From: Eledone cirrhosa
Lineage: Eukaryota
DNA: 64,000 bases
NCBI GenBank assembly: GCA_964016885.1
Contig: OZ024741.1
Location: forward strand, 126,542,001-126,606,000
Reading direction: 5' to 3'
The notes beneath the pieces were generated by a model, which was given only the letters and a program-made list of their open reading frames with translations, was not told the DNA's origin and searched no databases. A program made the translations under genes and the position numbers. This document shows positions 27,510 through 44,638 of this stretch, piece by piece (position 1 is the first letter of the stretch; the number at the start of each line of letters is the position of its first letter).

Positions 27510-27910
27510 ATATATACATACTACTGTACGTTTGTATACATATATGTATGTACGTATACATACATACATATTTACATTTAAATAAGTGCCGTACTAAGAG
27601 TGAGAAATGAAATTTCGTTTCATTCTATTCCATTTATCGTTTTCGGTGTGCCGGCCGACTGAACTCACTCGATATGCAAATTAGGCTGCTCAGTCGTTAA
27701 TATGCATTAGGAAAGTATATACTTCTCAGACGTTCAACCATCTGACAGGAAGGTATACGATGCTGACGATAGCTAATAAGCTTGAAACTAGTACATCGTT
27801 CCTGTGTCAGTGTTGAACAAAAAGGTGACGTGGTTGCCTAAACACTGTACGGCGTAATTCAGACTGTTTGTTCAACACTGACACAGGAACGATGTACTAG
27901 TTTCAAGCTT
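27510..27910 (+). mobile_element. Family D retrozyme-like unit with HHR at 27757-27799 and a 44-bp fold-back
   Basis: ACGATG-CTGACGA-T AGCT aata AGCT T-GAAA-CTAG-TA-CATCGT; 27778-27821 inverted at 27867-27910. Confidence 0.8.
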
Positions 27911-28545
27911 CTTTGAGATATTCAAAACAACAAACAGCGAAGGACGCATTCCGGACCTGTCCGAGAGACAACCTTTTCCCCCACCCCGGAAAAAAAACCC
28001 AGTTGATGGATGTGAATCCGAAATATATAGGGACTATTATATCTCTCCCAAGGTAACTCTCTCTTGTGTTGTTATTTTATTCTATCCTTTATACTCTTCA
28101 TTCTACACATCTCACACATCTTATACACACCTCGCATCTCAACGTACACCCACTTACATCTCTCTCTCCACCACCGGACCTTGTTACCCGGAGATTTACC
28201 CATTTGCATTGTCGAGGCTTCCAAACGACTTAAAGATATTTATATATATATATATATACGGGGTAACAAATTATTGTTATAGGTAGTCCACTTAAGTGTA
28301 GTCCAGTTATGGTACCCCGGGTAGTGGATGATATCAACGCTTGGCTAAGTTTGACTCAACAAGGCGTTTCCATAGTGATGCTGCGAGTACGCTGTAATTC
28401 TTATGTTGTAAACACTTGGAGTAATGATAAATCAGGAAAGAAGAGTGACACGATTTGCTATACAAAAAAGGTTTTAATCTCATTGCTGACAATTGTTTCT
28501 CTGAACTGGTAGGTTTATAGCAAACCGTGTCACTCTTCTTTCCTG

Positions 28546-28547
<2 letters not shown>

Positions 28548-28644
<97 letters not shown>

Positions 28645-28660
28645 TATATATAATATATAT

Positions 28661-28694
<34 letters not shown>

Positions 28695-28721
28695 ATATAT
28701 ATATATATATAAATAATATAT

Positions 28722-28808
<87 letters not shown>

Positions 28809-28918
28809 TATATATATAATATATATATATATAAATATATATATATAATATATATATATATATATAAATTATATATATAATATATATATATATATATAAT
28901 ATATATATATATATATCA

Positions 28919-28994
<76 letters not shown>

Positions 28995-29061
28995 ATATAT
29001 ATATATATATAATATATATATATATATATAAATTATATATATAATATATATATATATATAT

Positions 29062-29115
<54 letters not shown>

Positions 29116-29413
29116 ATATATATATATATATATATTATATATATAATATATATATATATATATATTATATATAATATATATATATATTATATATATAATA
29201 TATATGTATATATATATTATATATATAATATATATATATATATATTATATATATAATATATATATATATATTATATATATAATATATATGTATATATATA
29301 TTATATATATAATATATATATATATATCTTATATATATAATATATATATATATATATTATATATATAATATATATATATATATATTATATATATAATATA
29401 TATATATATATAT

Positions 29414-29476
<63 letters not shown>

Positions 29477-29482
29477 ATATAT

Positions 29483-29551
<69 letters not shown>

Positions 29552-29557
29552 ATATAT

Positions 29558-29588
<31 letters not shown>

Positions 29589-29619
29589 ATATATATATAA
29601 TATATATATAATATATATA

Positions 29620-29708
<89 letters not shown>

Positions 29709-29712
29709 TATA
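28548..29712. repeat. Imperfect (TA)n array
   Basis: Direct reading. Confidence 0.95.
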
Positions 29713-31201
29713 GTTACCCTCCGCCTCCGTGGTATTTTCTTCGTGGTTATAAGAGGCTTAGCTCTGTTTCTCGACCGTTATATCGCGTGACTATCTCCCC
29801 CTCCGCCTTTTGGATTTCTTTTCTCACGTCGTGTAGACGCGTTCTTGAGACTAGTAAAATGAGGTATCCTCTTGATAAGTTGGCAGACCTCGCAAGGACT
29901 CTATATCTTTGATATATTGTTTTTGTTTATGCCACGAAACTACGTAGTCGAGGAATTTAGGAGCAGTTTAGGTATGATACATTTTATTACTAATTATATC
30001 TAAATGTTTCTTCTCTCTTCATAATGTATTTTTAACTCTGATACTGGTTCAGTCTGGTTCAAACTGAATTGGTCTGTCCCAGTCATTCATTGAGCAACAT
30101 CGGTGAAGTTGGCACCCTTAACTCGCAGTTGGGTGCGGATGCATTCATGTATATATGTGTGTGTCCGCATGTATCTGTGTGTTTCTAAATATATTAATAA
30201 CTCCCTCTGGTCGAGCAATCTTTGAAGTGTGGGGACAACTGGAAAGCTTCCATTACTCGTACTTCTCGCCTTCTTCACTCCCTGTTCTACGGCCTCGATA
30301 TGAATACCCCCTCCGCCTCCGTGGTATTTTCTTCGTGGTTATAAGAGGCTTAGCTCTGTTTCTCGACCGTTATATCGCGTGACTATCTCCCCCTCCGCCT
30401 TTTGGGATTCTTTCTCACGTCGTGTAGACGCGTTCTTGAGACTAGTAAAATGAGGTATCCTCTTGATAAGTTGGCAGACCTCGCAAGGACTCTATATCTT
30501 TGATATATTGTTTTTGTTTATGCCACGAAACTACGTAGTCGAGGAATTTAGGAGCAGTTTAGGTATGATACATTTTATTACTAATTATATCTAAATGTTT
30601 CTTCTCTCTTCATAATGTATTTTTAACTCTGATACTGGTTCAGTCTGGTTCAAACTGAATTGGTCTGTCCAGTCATTCATTGAGCAACATCGGTGAAGTT
30701 GGCACCCTTAACTCGCAGTTGGGTGCGGATGCATTCATGTATATATGTGTGTGTCCGCATGTATCTGTGTGTTTCTAAATATATTAATAACTCCCTCTGG
30801 TCGAGCAATCTTTGAAGTGTGGGGACAACTGGAAAGCTTCCATTACTCGTACTTCTCGCCTTCTTCACTACCTCTTCTACGGCCTCGATATGAATACCCC
30901 TCCGCCTCCGTGGTATTTTCTTCGTGGTTATAAGAGGCTTAGCTCTGTTTCTCGACCGTTATATCGCGTGACTATCTCCCCCTCCGCCTTTTGGGATTCT
31001 TTCTCACGTCGTGTAGACGCGTTCTTGAGACTAGTAAAATGAGGTATCCTCTTGATAAGTTGGCAGACCTCGCAAGGACTCTATATCTTTGATATATTGT
31101 TTTTGTTTATGCACGAAACTACGTATTGGAGGATTTAGGAGCAGTTTAGGTATGATACATTTTATTACTAATTATATCTAAATGTTTCTTCTCTCTTCAT
31201 A

Positions 31202-31205
<4 letters not shown>
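29713..31205 (+). repeat. ~590-bp tandem repeat, ~2.5 copies, one variant HHR per unit (family C)
   Basis: CCCTCCGCCTCCGTGG at ~29717, 30309, 30898; flanked by (TA)n. Confidence 0.95.
29867..29954 (+). ncRNA. Type I hammerhead with U3-A8 core (copy 2 at 30458-30545; damaged copy 3 at 31047-31133)
   Basis: TCCTC-TTGATAA-GTTGGCA...TGCCAC-GAAA-CTACGTAG-TC-GAGGA. Confidence 0.75.
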
Positions 31206-31282
<77 letters not shown>

Positions 31283-31285
<3 letters not shown>

Positions 31286-31426
31286 ATTTATTAGTTAAGC
31301 AAAACAAGACCACAAATTTCACAAGGAAGACATTATGAAAAGCGTGTCAACATATATGTTGAAACTCTTTTAATAATGTCTTGCTTGTGAAATTTGTGGT
31401 CTTGTTTTGATTAACTAATGAATATT
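31283..31426. repeat. Imperfect palindrome ~144 bp; related fragment at ~10278-10348
   Basis: Centre CAACATATATGTTG; arms TTAGTTAA.CAAAACAAGACCACAAATTTCACAAG and its complement. Confidence 0.85.
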
Positions 31427-31808
31427 TCCAGCTCTGCGCACCTAACCTCTGCATGAACCCAGCCATCTACCTGCTTTCTACTACATATTGCACATTGAGC
31501 ACATGCCTTTAAGCTTTGGCTTCTAACTAACTCACCAATCTTTCCTCTCATATCTCCTCTACTATCTCAATCTCTCTCTTTAAGATTGGTTACTCTTGAA
31601 CTCTGTATATACATAATATATATATATATATATATAATACATATATGTATATATAATATATATATATCACTCTCTCTATATATATAATATATATATGTAT
31701 ATATATGTATATATATATGTATATATATATATTATATATATATATATATTATAAATATATATTATATATATATATATATTATATATATATATATTATATA
31801 TATATTAT

Positions 31809-31855
<47 letters not shown>

Positions 31856-31963
31856 TATATATAATATATATATATATAATATATATAATATATATATATA
31901 TAATATATATATGTATATAATGTATATATTATATATATATTATATATATATTATATATACATG

Positions 31964-32033
<70 letters not shown>

Positions 32034-32065
32034 TATATATATGTTATATATATATATATATTTTA

Positions 32066-32110
<45 letters not shown>

Positions 32111-32258
32111 ATATATATTATATATATATATATATATAATATATATATATTATATATATATATTTATATTATATTATATATATATTATATATATATATTA
32201 TATATATATATATAATATATATATATTATATATATATATTATATATATATATGTAATA

Positions 32259-32289
<31 letters not shown>

Positions 32290-32449
32290 ATATATATATA
32301 TATAATATATATATATATAATATATATATTATATATATATATATAATATATATATATATAATATATATATTATATATATATATATATATTATATATACAT
32401 ATATATTATATATATATATTATATATATATATATTATATATATATTATA

Positions 32450-32543
<94 letters not shown>

Positions 32544-32829
32544 ATATATTATATATATATATATTATATATATATTATATATATATATATAATATATATA
32601 TATTATATATATATATATTATATATATATATATAATATACATATAATATATATATATATATATAATATATATATATATATAATATATATATATATAATAT
32701 ATATATATTATATATATATATATATATATTATATATACATATAATTATATATATATATTATATATATATATATTATATATATATTATATATATATTATAT
32801 ATATATATTATATATATATATATATTATT

Positions 32830-32884
<55 letters not shown>

Positions 32885-32977
32885 ATTTATATATTATATA
32901 TATATATATATTATATATATTATATATATATATATATTATATATATATACTATATATATATATATTATATATATATA

Positions 32978-33056
<79 letters not shown>

Positions 33057-33109
33057 ATATATTATATATATATATATATTATATATATATATATATATAT
33101 ATTATTATA

Positions 33110-33158
<49 letters not shown>

Positions 33159-33201
33159 TATATATATATATTATATATATATATTATATATATATATATA
33201 T

Positions 33202-33281
<80 letters not shown>

Positions 33282-33296
33282 ATTATATATATATAT

Positions 33297-33391
<95 letters not shown>

Positions 33392-33395
33392 ATTA

Positions 33396-33438
<43 letters not shown>

Positions 33439-33476
33439 ATATTATATATATATATATATATTATATAATAGATATA

Positions 33477-33633
<157 letters not shown>

Positions 33634-33689
33634 TATATATATATATATATATAATATATATATATATTATATATATATATATATATAAT

Positions 33690-33775
<86 letters not shown>

Positions 33776-33779
<4 letters not shown>

Positions 33780-33892
33780 TGTTTCTACTTTAGGCACGAG
33801 GCCAGCAATTACCCAGTGCATTACTGGTATTTTATTTTATTGACTCCGTAAGGATGAAAGCCAAAGTCAACCTCGGCGGGATTTGAACTCAG
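33776..33892 (-). mobile_element. 5'-truncated SINE (near-identical copy at 38499-38617)
   Basis: Homology to the main SINE; same truncation point. Confidence 0.85.
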
Positions 33893-33966
33893 ATATATAT
33901 ATATAATATATATATATTATTTATATATATATACTATATATATATATATATATTATATATACATAC

Positions 33967-34077
<111 letters not shown>

Positions 34078-34088
34078 CATATATATAT

Positions 34089-34119
<31 letters not shown>

Positions 34120-34198
34120 ATATATATATATATATATTAGAAAGTGAGGGTTTTTTTACAAATTGAAAAATAACCGAGGTGTCCTACACGAGTGAAAG

Positions 34199-34431
34199 TA
34201 TAAAGAAAAAGAGATGAAATCGAAAATGTAACTGAAGTCTTATTTTTTTACAAAATATATATATTTATTTGGTTCCTTTACCGGTTTCGCAGTTCTTCTG
34301 CTTTTCAAAAGGTGAGTTGAGATGGAGGGTCTGTGGTTTTTCTCACTGCGAAACGGTAAAGGAACCAAATAAATATATATATTTTTTGAAAAAATAAGAC
34401 TTCAGTTGCATTTTCGATTTCATCTCTTTTT

Positions 34432-34438
<7 letters not shown>
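34199..34438. repeat. Inverted repeat, ~95-bp arms, containing an HHR
   Basis: TAAAGAAAAAGAGATGAAATCG..CGGTTTCGCAG / CTGCGAAACGG..CATCTCTTTTTCTTTA. Confidence 0.9.
34275..34312 (-). ncRNA. Minimal hammerhead with U3-A8 core
   Basis: Reverse complement CCTT-TTGAAAA-GCAG aagaa CTGC-GAAA-CCGG-TA-AAGG. Confidence 0.7.
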
Positions 34439-34484
<46 letters not shown>

Positions 34485-34505
34485 ATTTTATATATATATT
34501 ATATA

Positions 34506-34611
<106 letters not shown>

Positions 34612-34671
34612 AATATATATATATATAATATATATATATTATATATATATATTATATATATATATATAATA

Positions 34672-34725
<54 letters not shown>

Positions 34726-34884
34726 TATATATAATATATATATATATATAATATATATATATATTATATATACATATATATTATATATATATATTATATA
34801 TATATATATTATATATATATTACATATATATATTATATATATATATATTATATATACATATATATATAATATATATATATTATA

Positions 34885-34919
<35 letters not shown>

Positions 34920-35021
34920 TATATATATATATATCATATATATATATACATATATTATATATATATATATAATATATATATATTATATATATCTATATTA
35001 TATATATCTATATATATAATA

Positions 35022-35076
<55 letters not shown>

Positions 35077-35381
35077 TACATATACATATATATTATATAT
35101 ATATATTATATATATATATATTATATATATATTATATATATATATTATATATATATATATTATATATATATTATATATATATATATATATAATATATATA
35201 TATTATATATATATATAATATATATATATTATATATATATATATATATAATATATATATATATATATTATATATATATATATTATATATATATACTATAT
35301 ATATATATATTATATATAATATATATATATATATTATATATATATATTATATATAATATATATATATATATAATATATATA

Positions 35382-35452
<71 letters not shown>

Positions 35453-35575
35453 ATATATATATAATATATATATATTATATATATATATAATATATATATA
35501 TTATATATATATATATATATAATATATATATAATATATATATATATAATATATATATATAATATATATATAATAT

Positions 35576-35607
<32 letters not shown>

Positions 35608-35853
35608 ATATATATATATATATTATATATAATATATATATATAATATATAGTGGAGATTTAATCCCAATATTTCGGGCTCACGCCCATCAACGGGGGAA
35701 AAGTTCCAAAAGGGGGGAACAGGCCAAGCGGAGAAAGTTGTGATGTCGTTAAGACAGGAATGTTCTCCTATCTATCATTCACTTCCTACCTCGAGATTCC
35801 CCTCTGCATTGTTGTGGCTTTCTTAACTACGTATTTTATATATACATATATTA

Positions 35854-36121
<268 letters not shown>

Positions 36122-36249
36122 ATATGTATTATATATATATATATTATATATATATATTATATATATATATATTATATATATATATTATATATATATATAT
36201 AATATATATATATTATATATATATACTATATATATATATATATATAATA

Positions 36250-36289
<40 letters not shown>

Positions 36290-36457
36290 TATATATAATA
36301 TATATATATATATATAATATATATATTATATATATATATATTATATATATATATATATATTATATATATATATTATATATATATATATTATATATATTAT
36401 ATATATATATTATATATATATATATTATATATACATATATATATAATATATATATAT

Positions 36458-36512
<55 letters not shown>

Positions 36513-36601
36513 ATCATATATATATATACATATATTATATATATATATATAATATATATATATCATATATATATATATTATATATATCTATATATATAAT
36601 A

Positions 36602-36653
<52 letters not shown>

Positions 36654-36678
36654 TACATATATATATATATATATAATA

Positions 36679-36718
<40 letters not shown>

Positions 36719-36798
36719 CATATATATTATATATATATATTATATATATATATATTATATATATATTATATATATATATTATATATATATATATTATA

Positions 36799-36838
<40 letters not shown>

Positions 36839-36877
36839 TATATTATATATATTATATAATATATATATATATTATAT

Positions 36878-36923
<46 letters not shown>

Positions 36924-37004
36924 ATATTACATATATATATTATATATATATATATATTTTATATATATATTATATATATATATATATTATATATAATATA
37001 TATA

Positions 37005-37075
<71 letters not shown>

Positions 37076-37082
<7 letters not shown>

Positions 37083-37515
37083 AAGTTAAATAAAAGTCAA
37101 ATGATTAAAATTTAGCTTCGTTTATTACTGCTATATATATTTCAGTGACAGCCATCTATGGCTATGACCTCTTCAGGCAGTTTGAATTAGTATGGTATAG
37201 ACAAGTACATATGTTGTTTAGGTGTATGATATTGTCAATACTCTGATATGCCCAGTTCCTTGCTGGGTTGTTTATTCACTGGGGAACTGGAGTCATGACT
37301 CCAGTTCCCCAGTGAATTAACAACCCAGCAAGGAACTGGGCATATCAGAGTATTGACAATATCATACACCTAAACAACATATGTACTTGTCTATACCATA
37401 CTAATTCAAACTGCCTGAAGAGGTCACAGCCAAAGATGGCTGTCACTGAAATATATATAGCAGTAATAAACGAAGCTAAATTTTAATCATTTGACTTTTA
37501 TTTAACTTTATTTTA
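37076..37515. repeat. Near-perfect 440-bp palindrome with two outward-facing hammerheads
   Basis: Centre GAGTCATGACTC (37295/37296); few mismatches. Confidence 0.95.
37410..37464 (+). ncRNA. Type I hammerhead (mirror copy 37127-37181, minus strand)
   Basis: ACTGC-CTGAAGA-GGTCACAGCCA..TGGCTGTCACT-GAAA-TATATA-TA-GCAGT. Confidence 0.8.
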
Positions 37516-37610
37516 CACTACTCCGGAGTAACCAAACCAACCTGCGCACTTCGTCGAGTGCTCCAGCCTGCATACTGAGGTGTTGGTATACAACCAACAT
37601 AAACTCAAAA

Positions 37611-37652
<42 letters not shown>

Positions 37653-37689
37653 AGGGTGTTAAAGTTTGCTTGAAGCATCGTGAAATGTG

Positions 37690-38018
37690 TAAAATACGTA
37701 GTTAAGAAAGCCACAACAATGCAGAGGGGAATCTCGAGGTAGGAAGTGAATGATAGATAGGAGAAACAGGTGAAAGTGAAAATTGAGAGAGACAAAGATG
37801 AAAACAAAACAAAGGTAGAAGGGTTACCGTAGTGGAGATTTAATCCCAATATTTCAGGCTCACGCCCATCAACGGGGGAAAAGTTCCAAAAGGGGGGGAA
37901 CAGGCCAAGCGGAGAAAGTTGTGATGTCGTTAAGACAGGAATGTTCTCCTATCTATCATTCACTTCCTACCTCGAGATTCCCCTCCGCATTGTTGTGGCT
38001 TTCTTAACTACGTATTTT
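37690..38018. repeat. Element with ~75-bp inverted ends; 37831-38018 is duplicated at 35652-35837
   Basis: TAAAATACGTAGTTAAGAAAGCC..GATAGGAGAA / TTCTCCTATC..CTTAACTACGTATTTTA. Confidence 0.85.
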
Positions 38019-38039
38019 ATATATATATATATTATATAT

Positions 38040-38141
<102 letters not shown>

Positions 38142-38188
38142 TATATTATATATATATATTATATATATTATATATATATATATATATG

Positions 38189-38223
<35 letters not shown>

Positions 38224-38247
38224 ATTATATATATATATATATATATG

Positions 38248-38314
<67 letters not shown>

Positions 38315-38327
38315 GTATATATATAAT

Positions 38328-38390
<63 letters not shown>

Positions 38391-38456
38391 TATATATATA
38401 TATATAAAATATATATATATATAATATATATATATATTATATATATGTATATATAT

Positions 38457-38503
<47 letters not shown>

Positions 38504-38677
38504 TGTTTCTACTTTAGGCACGAGGCCAGCAATTACCCAGTGCATTACTGGTACTTTATTTTATTGTCCCCGTAAGGATGAAAGCCAAAGTCAACCTCGG
38601 CGGGATTTGAACTCAGATATATATATATAATATATATATATTATTTATATATATATATTATATATATATATATATAT

Positions 38678-38726
<49 letters not shown>

Positions 38727-38736
38727 GTATATATAT

Positions 38737-38771
<35 letters not shown>

Positions 38772-38774
38772 GTA

Positions 38775-38812
<38 letters not shown>

Positions 38813-38907
38813 GTATATATATATGTATATATATATTATATATATATATTATATATATATATTATATATATATATATTATATATAAATATATTATATATA
38901 TATATTT

Positions 38908-38944
<37 letters not shown>

Positions 38945-38995
38945 GTATATATATTATATATATATATTATATATATATATATGTATATATATATG

Positions 38996-39026
<31 letters not shown>

Positions 39027-39065
39027 CATACATTATATATTATATATATATATATTATATATATA

Positions 39066-39108
<43 letters not shown>

Positions 39109-39112
39109 ATAT

Positions 39113-39143
<31 letters not shown>

Positions 39144-39164
39144 ATATATATATTATATATATAT

Positions 39165-39229
<65 letters not shown>

Positions 39230-40081
39230 ACAAATTAACGGAGCCATAGACTCTCGCTCTTCCCTGTCAATAATGTGCTCAAAGGAGAAGGAATCCTGAG
39301 CTCTTTAAAATACAATATGTTGAAAAGGTAACATACTAGAGAGAGATGGTGCGCCATCAATAAAACAGGGAAAATCCACCAGTGTATGGAATCTATAACC
39401 TATGGAAGCCAGGGTAAACACACGTTAATTAAAAATATAAATTAAAGTATATATACAGACCTCTATAACAATAAAACACAAACGTACAAATCCAAAGAGA
39501 TCTGTTTCTATAGCCCATGGAAGGCAAAGTAGACACACAATAATTAAAATTCTAAATCAAAGTGCAAATACGTACCTTGATAACTATCTAACACACGTAC
39601 AAATCCAACAGGATCTGTGTCGCCAATAAGTTTTTGACAGAAATGAAATAGCCCATGGTTCATCAGCGTGTGTAAGGCATACATTTCAGACAACTCTAAG
39701 AGAATTTAAAGCGACTGTCCAGTTAAATGTGGGAGAGAGATGTCACAGCGTGTTTAGGGCAGTGAACCAGTGGTGTCTGAGGGACGAGCTGCAGCCCAAA
39801 ACCTGCGAATCTGCGAATCTGTACGGGTATCATGCCATTGCCAAATATAGGTTTGTTATTTTTAATGATTTATTACTTTAAATCGAGATAGGCAAACCAT
39901 ATTATTTTAAATTAGTATTTTTCAACCTAGCGAGCTTGGTCATTTACAATTCGAACACATGTATACTTGTATAAGTGTTCATCCCTCTCATATATTCATT
40001 TGTATTACACAGCTCGGAAATATTCCCTTCTTTGAGCTATTTAATTGTAAAAGACTATCTTGAGTTTATAACTCAATATAT

Positions 40082-40740
<659 letters not shown>

Positions 40741-41977
40741 GCGATACGTTTGTGTATTAATCATTCTAGGTTTTCAATTCAATTAATTGAAATAAGTTTT
40801 CAGTCATTGCCATAGGAGATGTATGTATATATCTACGCAATATCTGAAATGTTATTGTTTATCGTTCATAGCCATAAATATGATTACAAAGCTGCATACT
40901 TACCAAACAATATGTTGTCCAGAATTATTCTCTGAATAACTAGCAGGAAATTTATAGAGTTTTGAAATATAAATGGGATCAAAGTAATTGCTTGACAGAT
41001 ATCATTTCAAATATGGCTGTGAAATAAATAGATTTCAAGTGGTTAGTAGTCTTGTAACATCCCAATGAAGATAAACTGGCAAATGGTTTATAATATTATT
41101 GGTGTCCTGTTGCGTACAACGAAAGAATATCTCTAAAAAGACCAATAGAGTGATGTAGTTCAAAAATACTACTTTAGGAACAGCACAAGCTACACTAAAA
41201 CTCACATCTTTCCGCTGATAAAATATAGCGTTTTTGAACAAATTTTACGTTCTAAGCATAGGTCATCTCGAGGCTATACTCAGACACTGGCCCAAGGTAC
41301 GGCGCAATTGGGACTGAACCAAAACCACGTGTTTCCGTCTGTTTTCAAAACATTATATGAAAACAAATTTTTTAACGGCTCATCATGCAGGCAAATTTTA
41401 TAGTTAAAATTATAATGACATTTTATAATGTTGTTTAACAGTAATAAAAGGAAGTTGAGCAGTAGAAAACGAAAGCCGTATATAGTAAACTATGCTTATC
41501 ATTCATTTACGAGAAGGCGCGTGGCTTAGAGTTAGCTTGTTTGTCTTCCGTTGTGAGATCATGAATTCTATTCCTAGAGGCACGTTGTGTCCTTGACAAA
41601 GACACATTTCATGTTGATAATTGGCAAAAAGGAGTTGTACTTGGGATTTAAAGAACATGTCTTGTTACAGCTAGTGTTGAATCTTTCTGAAAGTAAAGTA
41701 AACTCTATAAAATATTTTTGTTTATTTGAGACGAAATGTTCATTGGAGCACGACCGCATAGCACGAGGACAAATCTTTATAGAACAAAAATTCTATCTAA
41801 AAGTCTTACATTCTAGAAATAGCAATAAATAAATAGCGGGTAAGGCATTCGCTCCACAACAACATGCTTTCGAGTTTAGTCCCACTGCATGGTACATTGA
41901 AGTGCCTTCTAATATGGCCTTGTGTAAGTGAGTTCTTTGTGAGGGAAATTTAGTAGAAACTGTGCGCGAGCTTGTCG

Positions 41978-42070
<93 letters not shown>

Positions 42071-42297
42071 TATATATATACACCATCAGCGTTAGCCTTT
42101 CTTGACAACCAGATTGTCAATAAAGTCTGATGATTTAGGGCCTGGTCCAGAAGTATCTGAAAGGGACACACATAGACACGTGTGTACCTAAAATGTCAAC
42201 ATAGTAAGTGTAATAAATGTCTGTATACCACGACTCGTCCCACGGATAGAGTACCTTTCCAACTCTTTGGATATCCTTTAACAAATTACACAAATTA

Positions 42298-42339
<42 letters not shown>

Positions 42340-42565
42340 TTGAGGTGGGTGTATGGGGATTTAATTGAGAAGGGAGAAGGGGTAACCAAGATAAGATAGC
42401 TATACCCATTACCACCCATTTATTGTCATCTTCTTTCACACAACCATGCCCCCACTGCCACCACCACCCCGCCCATCCAATCTTAATTAGCCATTCTCAT
42501 TCAAAATACCTTTCTCCCCCTCAAGTCTTCCTTATTTACACTGTGTCTTTTATTGAAACGTTAGT

Positions 42566-42615
42566 TCTTGTCTGATGACCCTGTGATAAACAGGCGAAAC
42601 TCCAGAGTAACAAGA
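42566..42615 (+). ncRNA. Type I hammerhead in a solo pLTR-like fragment (~42340-42700)
   Basis: TCTTGT-CTGATGA-C CCTGT gataa ACAGG C-GAAA-CTC ca GAG-TA-ACAAGA. Confidence 0.8.
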
Positions 42616-42858
42616 CTCACTATTTAGGCTTAATAAATTGAATATTAAAACTCTACTTCGGTATTAAGTACTCTCTTTTCTCTCAGACGTCAACTACATA
42701 CGGATATATATATGGCTTAGTTCCGATCTAGCTGTCGAAATGGCCGGAGCTCAGCCGTCGGGGGTCTTGACTCTTTTCATATTACTCACCCTACTACCCT
42801 AAGTATTGAGTATCTGGTCCGTTATGGTCCACCTGGTACCTTACCACACCTTCTTTGT

Positions 42859-42915
<57 letters not shown>

Positions 42916-43058
42916 TCCGAAATCATTAGACGTGTCCGTCGATCCTGCGGGTCCAGAATCAGACATATCCACACAATGATCGCGTCTCGAGCTGTCCGCC
43001 GGCGAAACAATTGTAACACAATAAATTGAGTTCAGATGCATCACTGATTCTTCGCTTT

Positions 43059-43236
<178 letters not shown>

Positions 43237-43299
43237 CAAATAACGAAACGAAATTAAATTTCGTTTCGTTTGTAACTCACTTTTGTATGACTGACGCTT

Positions 43300-43633
43300 A
43301 AACAATTAAGTTAAAAGTGTACATCCACATATGTATACTGAAATACTAGTATGCATATAAATACACACACGTATACATATGTACATGTACCGAGCTTTTC
43401 ACTGCACACTTTACTGTGAGTGTTCAGCTAGTCCGTATGTAAACACACAGACAAACCGGTTTTTAGAGTCATACTGGTTTTCGAGGAAACACCTTTCCTC
43501 TATTCTCCAGAGAGCCAGACAGTAAAGTGTCCAGTGAAAAGCTCGGTACATGTACATATGTATACGTGTGTGTATTTATATGCATACTAGTATTTCAGTA
43601 TACATATGTGGATGTACACTTTTAACTTAATTG

Positions 43634-43635
<2 letters not shown>
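43300..43635. repeat. Inverted repeat with ~118-bp arms next to (TA)n
   Basis: AACAATTAAGTTAAAAGTGTACATCC..CACTTTACTGT / ACAGTAAAGTG..TTTTAACTTAATTGTT. Confidence 0.9.
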
Positions 43636-43713
<78 letters not shown>

Positions 43714-44465
43714 TATGTGTTAGTTTATCCAACTTTTTTTTTGTCAAAACTTTGTTACAGGATAAACAATATACGAGACATTTTTTAAGTTATAGTGATT
43801 GATATAATTGACTAAACCTCGTAAAGGCTGCGCCCCAGCATGATCGCAGTCTAATTACTAAAACCAATAAAAGAATAAATAATAAACATACAAAAATAAA
43901 CTCGACAAGACCAACTTTATGAAAACTGAAATGAATGCTTAATTTTTTTTTATGTATTCTAACATGCTTTATTAAAATGCAATAATAAATTATGGATGAT
44001 TTTCCTAAATATCCGATGGGGTTTAATGTAAAACAATAAAATTGATAATTATTACCTGTAAAAAAATCGTTCTCATTTTAATACCATAAATTAGTTAAAT
44101 TATATAATGGCTTCTAAAAATTAGTTAGATTATATAATTTCTTCTGTTTGTTATTACTGGGGACGAAATGGGAAATTGCAGAGTTCTAAGATTTCAGCCG
44201 CGGGCATTCGGGATGTAAACCAACAGATATTACATAACTGAAATTAAGTAAAGTTAAAAACCACTTGGAGATCTTAAATTACGTCTTGCTCTACACCAGG
44301 GATTTTCAAAGGGGTCGCGTATAGACCTCTGGAGGTGAACTAGATTTTGGCAGGGGTAAATAAAAGCTTAGGGCTGAACAGGAAGTGAATTTACTACTTT
44401 GTATTTATTAACACCTGTATAATAAGAGAACAAAAATCTCTGGATCATGATAACAATCACATATA

Positions 44466-44638
44466 CAGGATGGGCCAGAATTCATGACTCGTTTGTTAGT
44501 TATATTTCTTTACATGCTTACTTTATTGTTATTGTATTGTCTTAATTTATTATTTTATCCCTTAATATGTCTCACAGGTTTTTTATTTATAAATAATCTA
44601 TAAATAACCAAGTGAGTCATGAATTCTGACCCACCCTA
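44466..44638. mobile_element. Tc1/mariner-type MITE
   Basis: TA-flanked imperfect TIRs CAGGATGGGCCAGAATTCATGACTC / GAGTCATGAATTCTGACCCACCCTA. Confidence 0.7.

Noticed and set aside
42120-42195. CTGATGA...GAAA candidate (similar weak ones at ~39660, ~43420, ~59050, ~59700)
   Set aside because: Missing helix I or II pairing, or core mismatches without compensation
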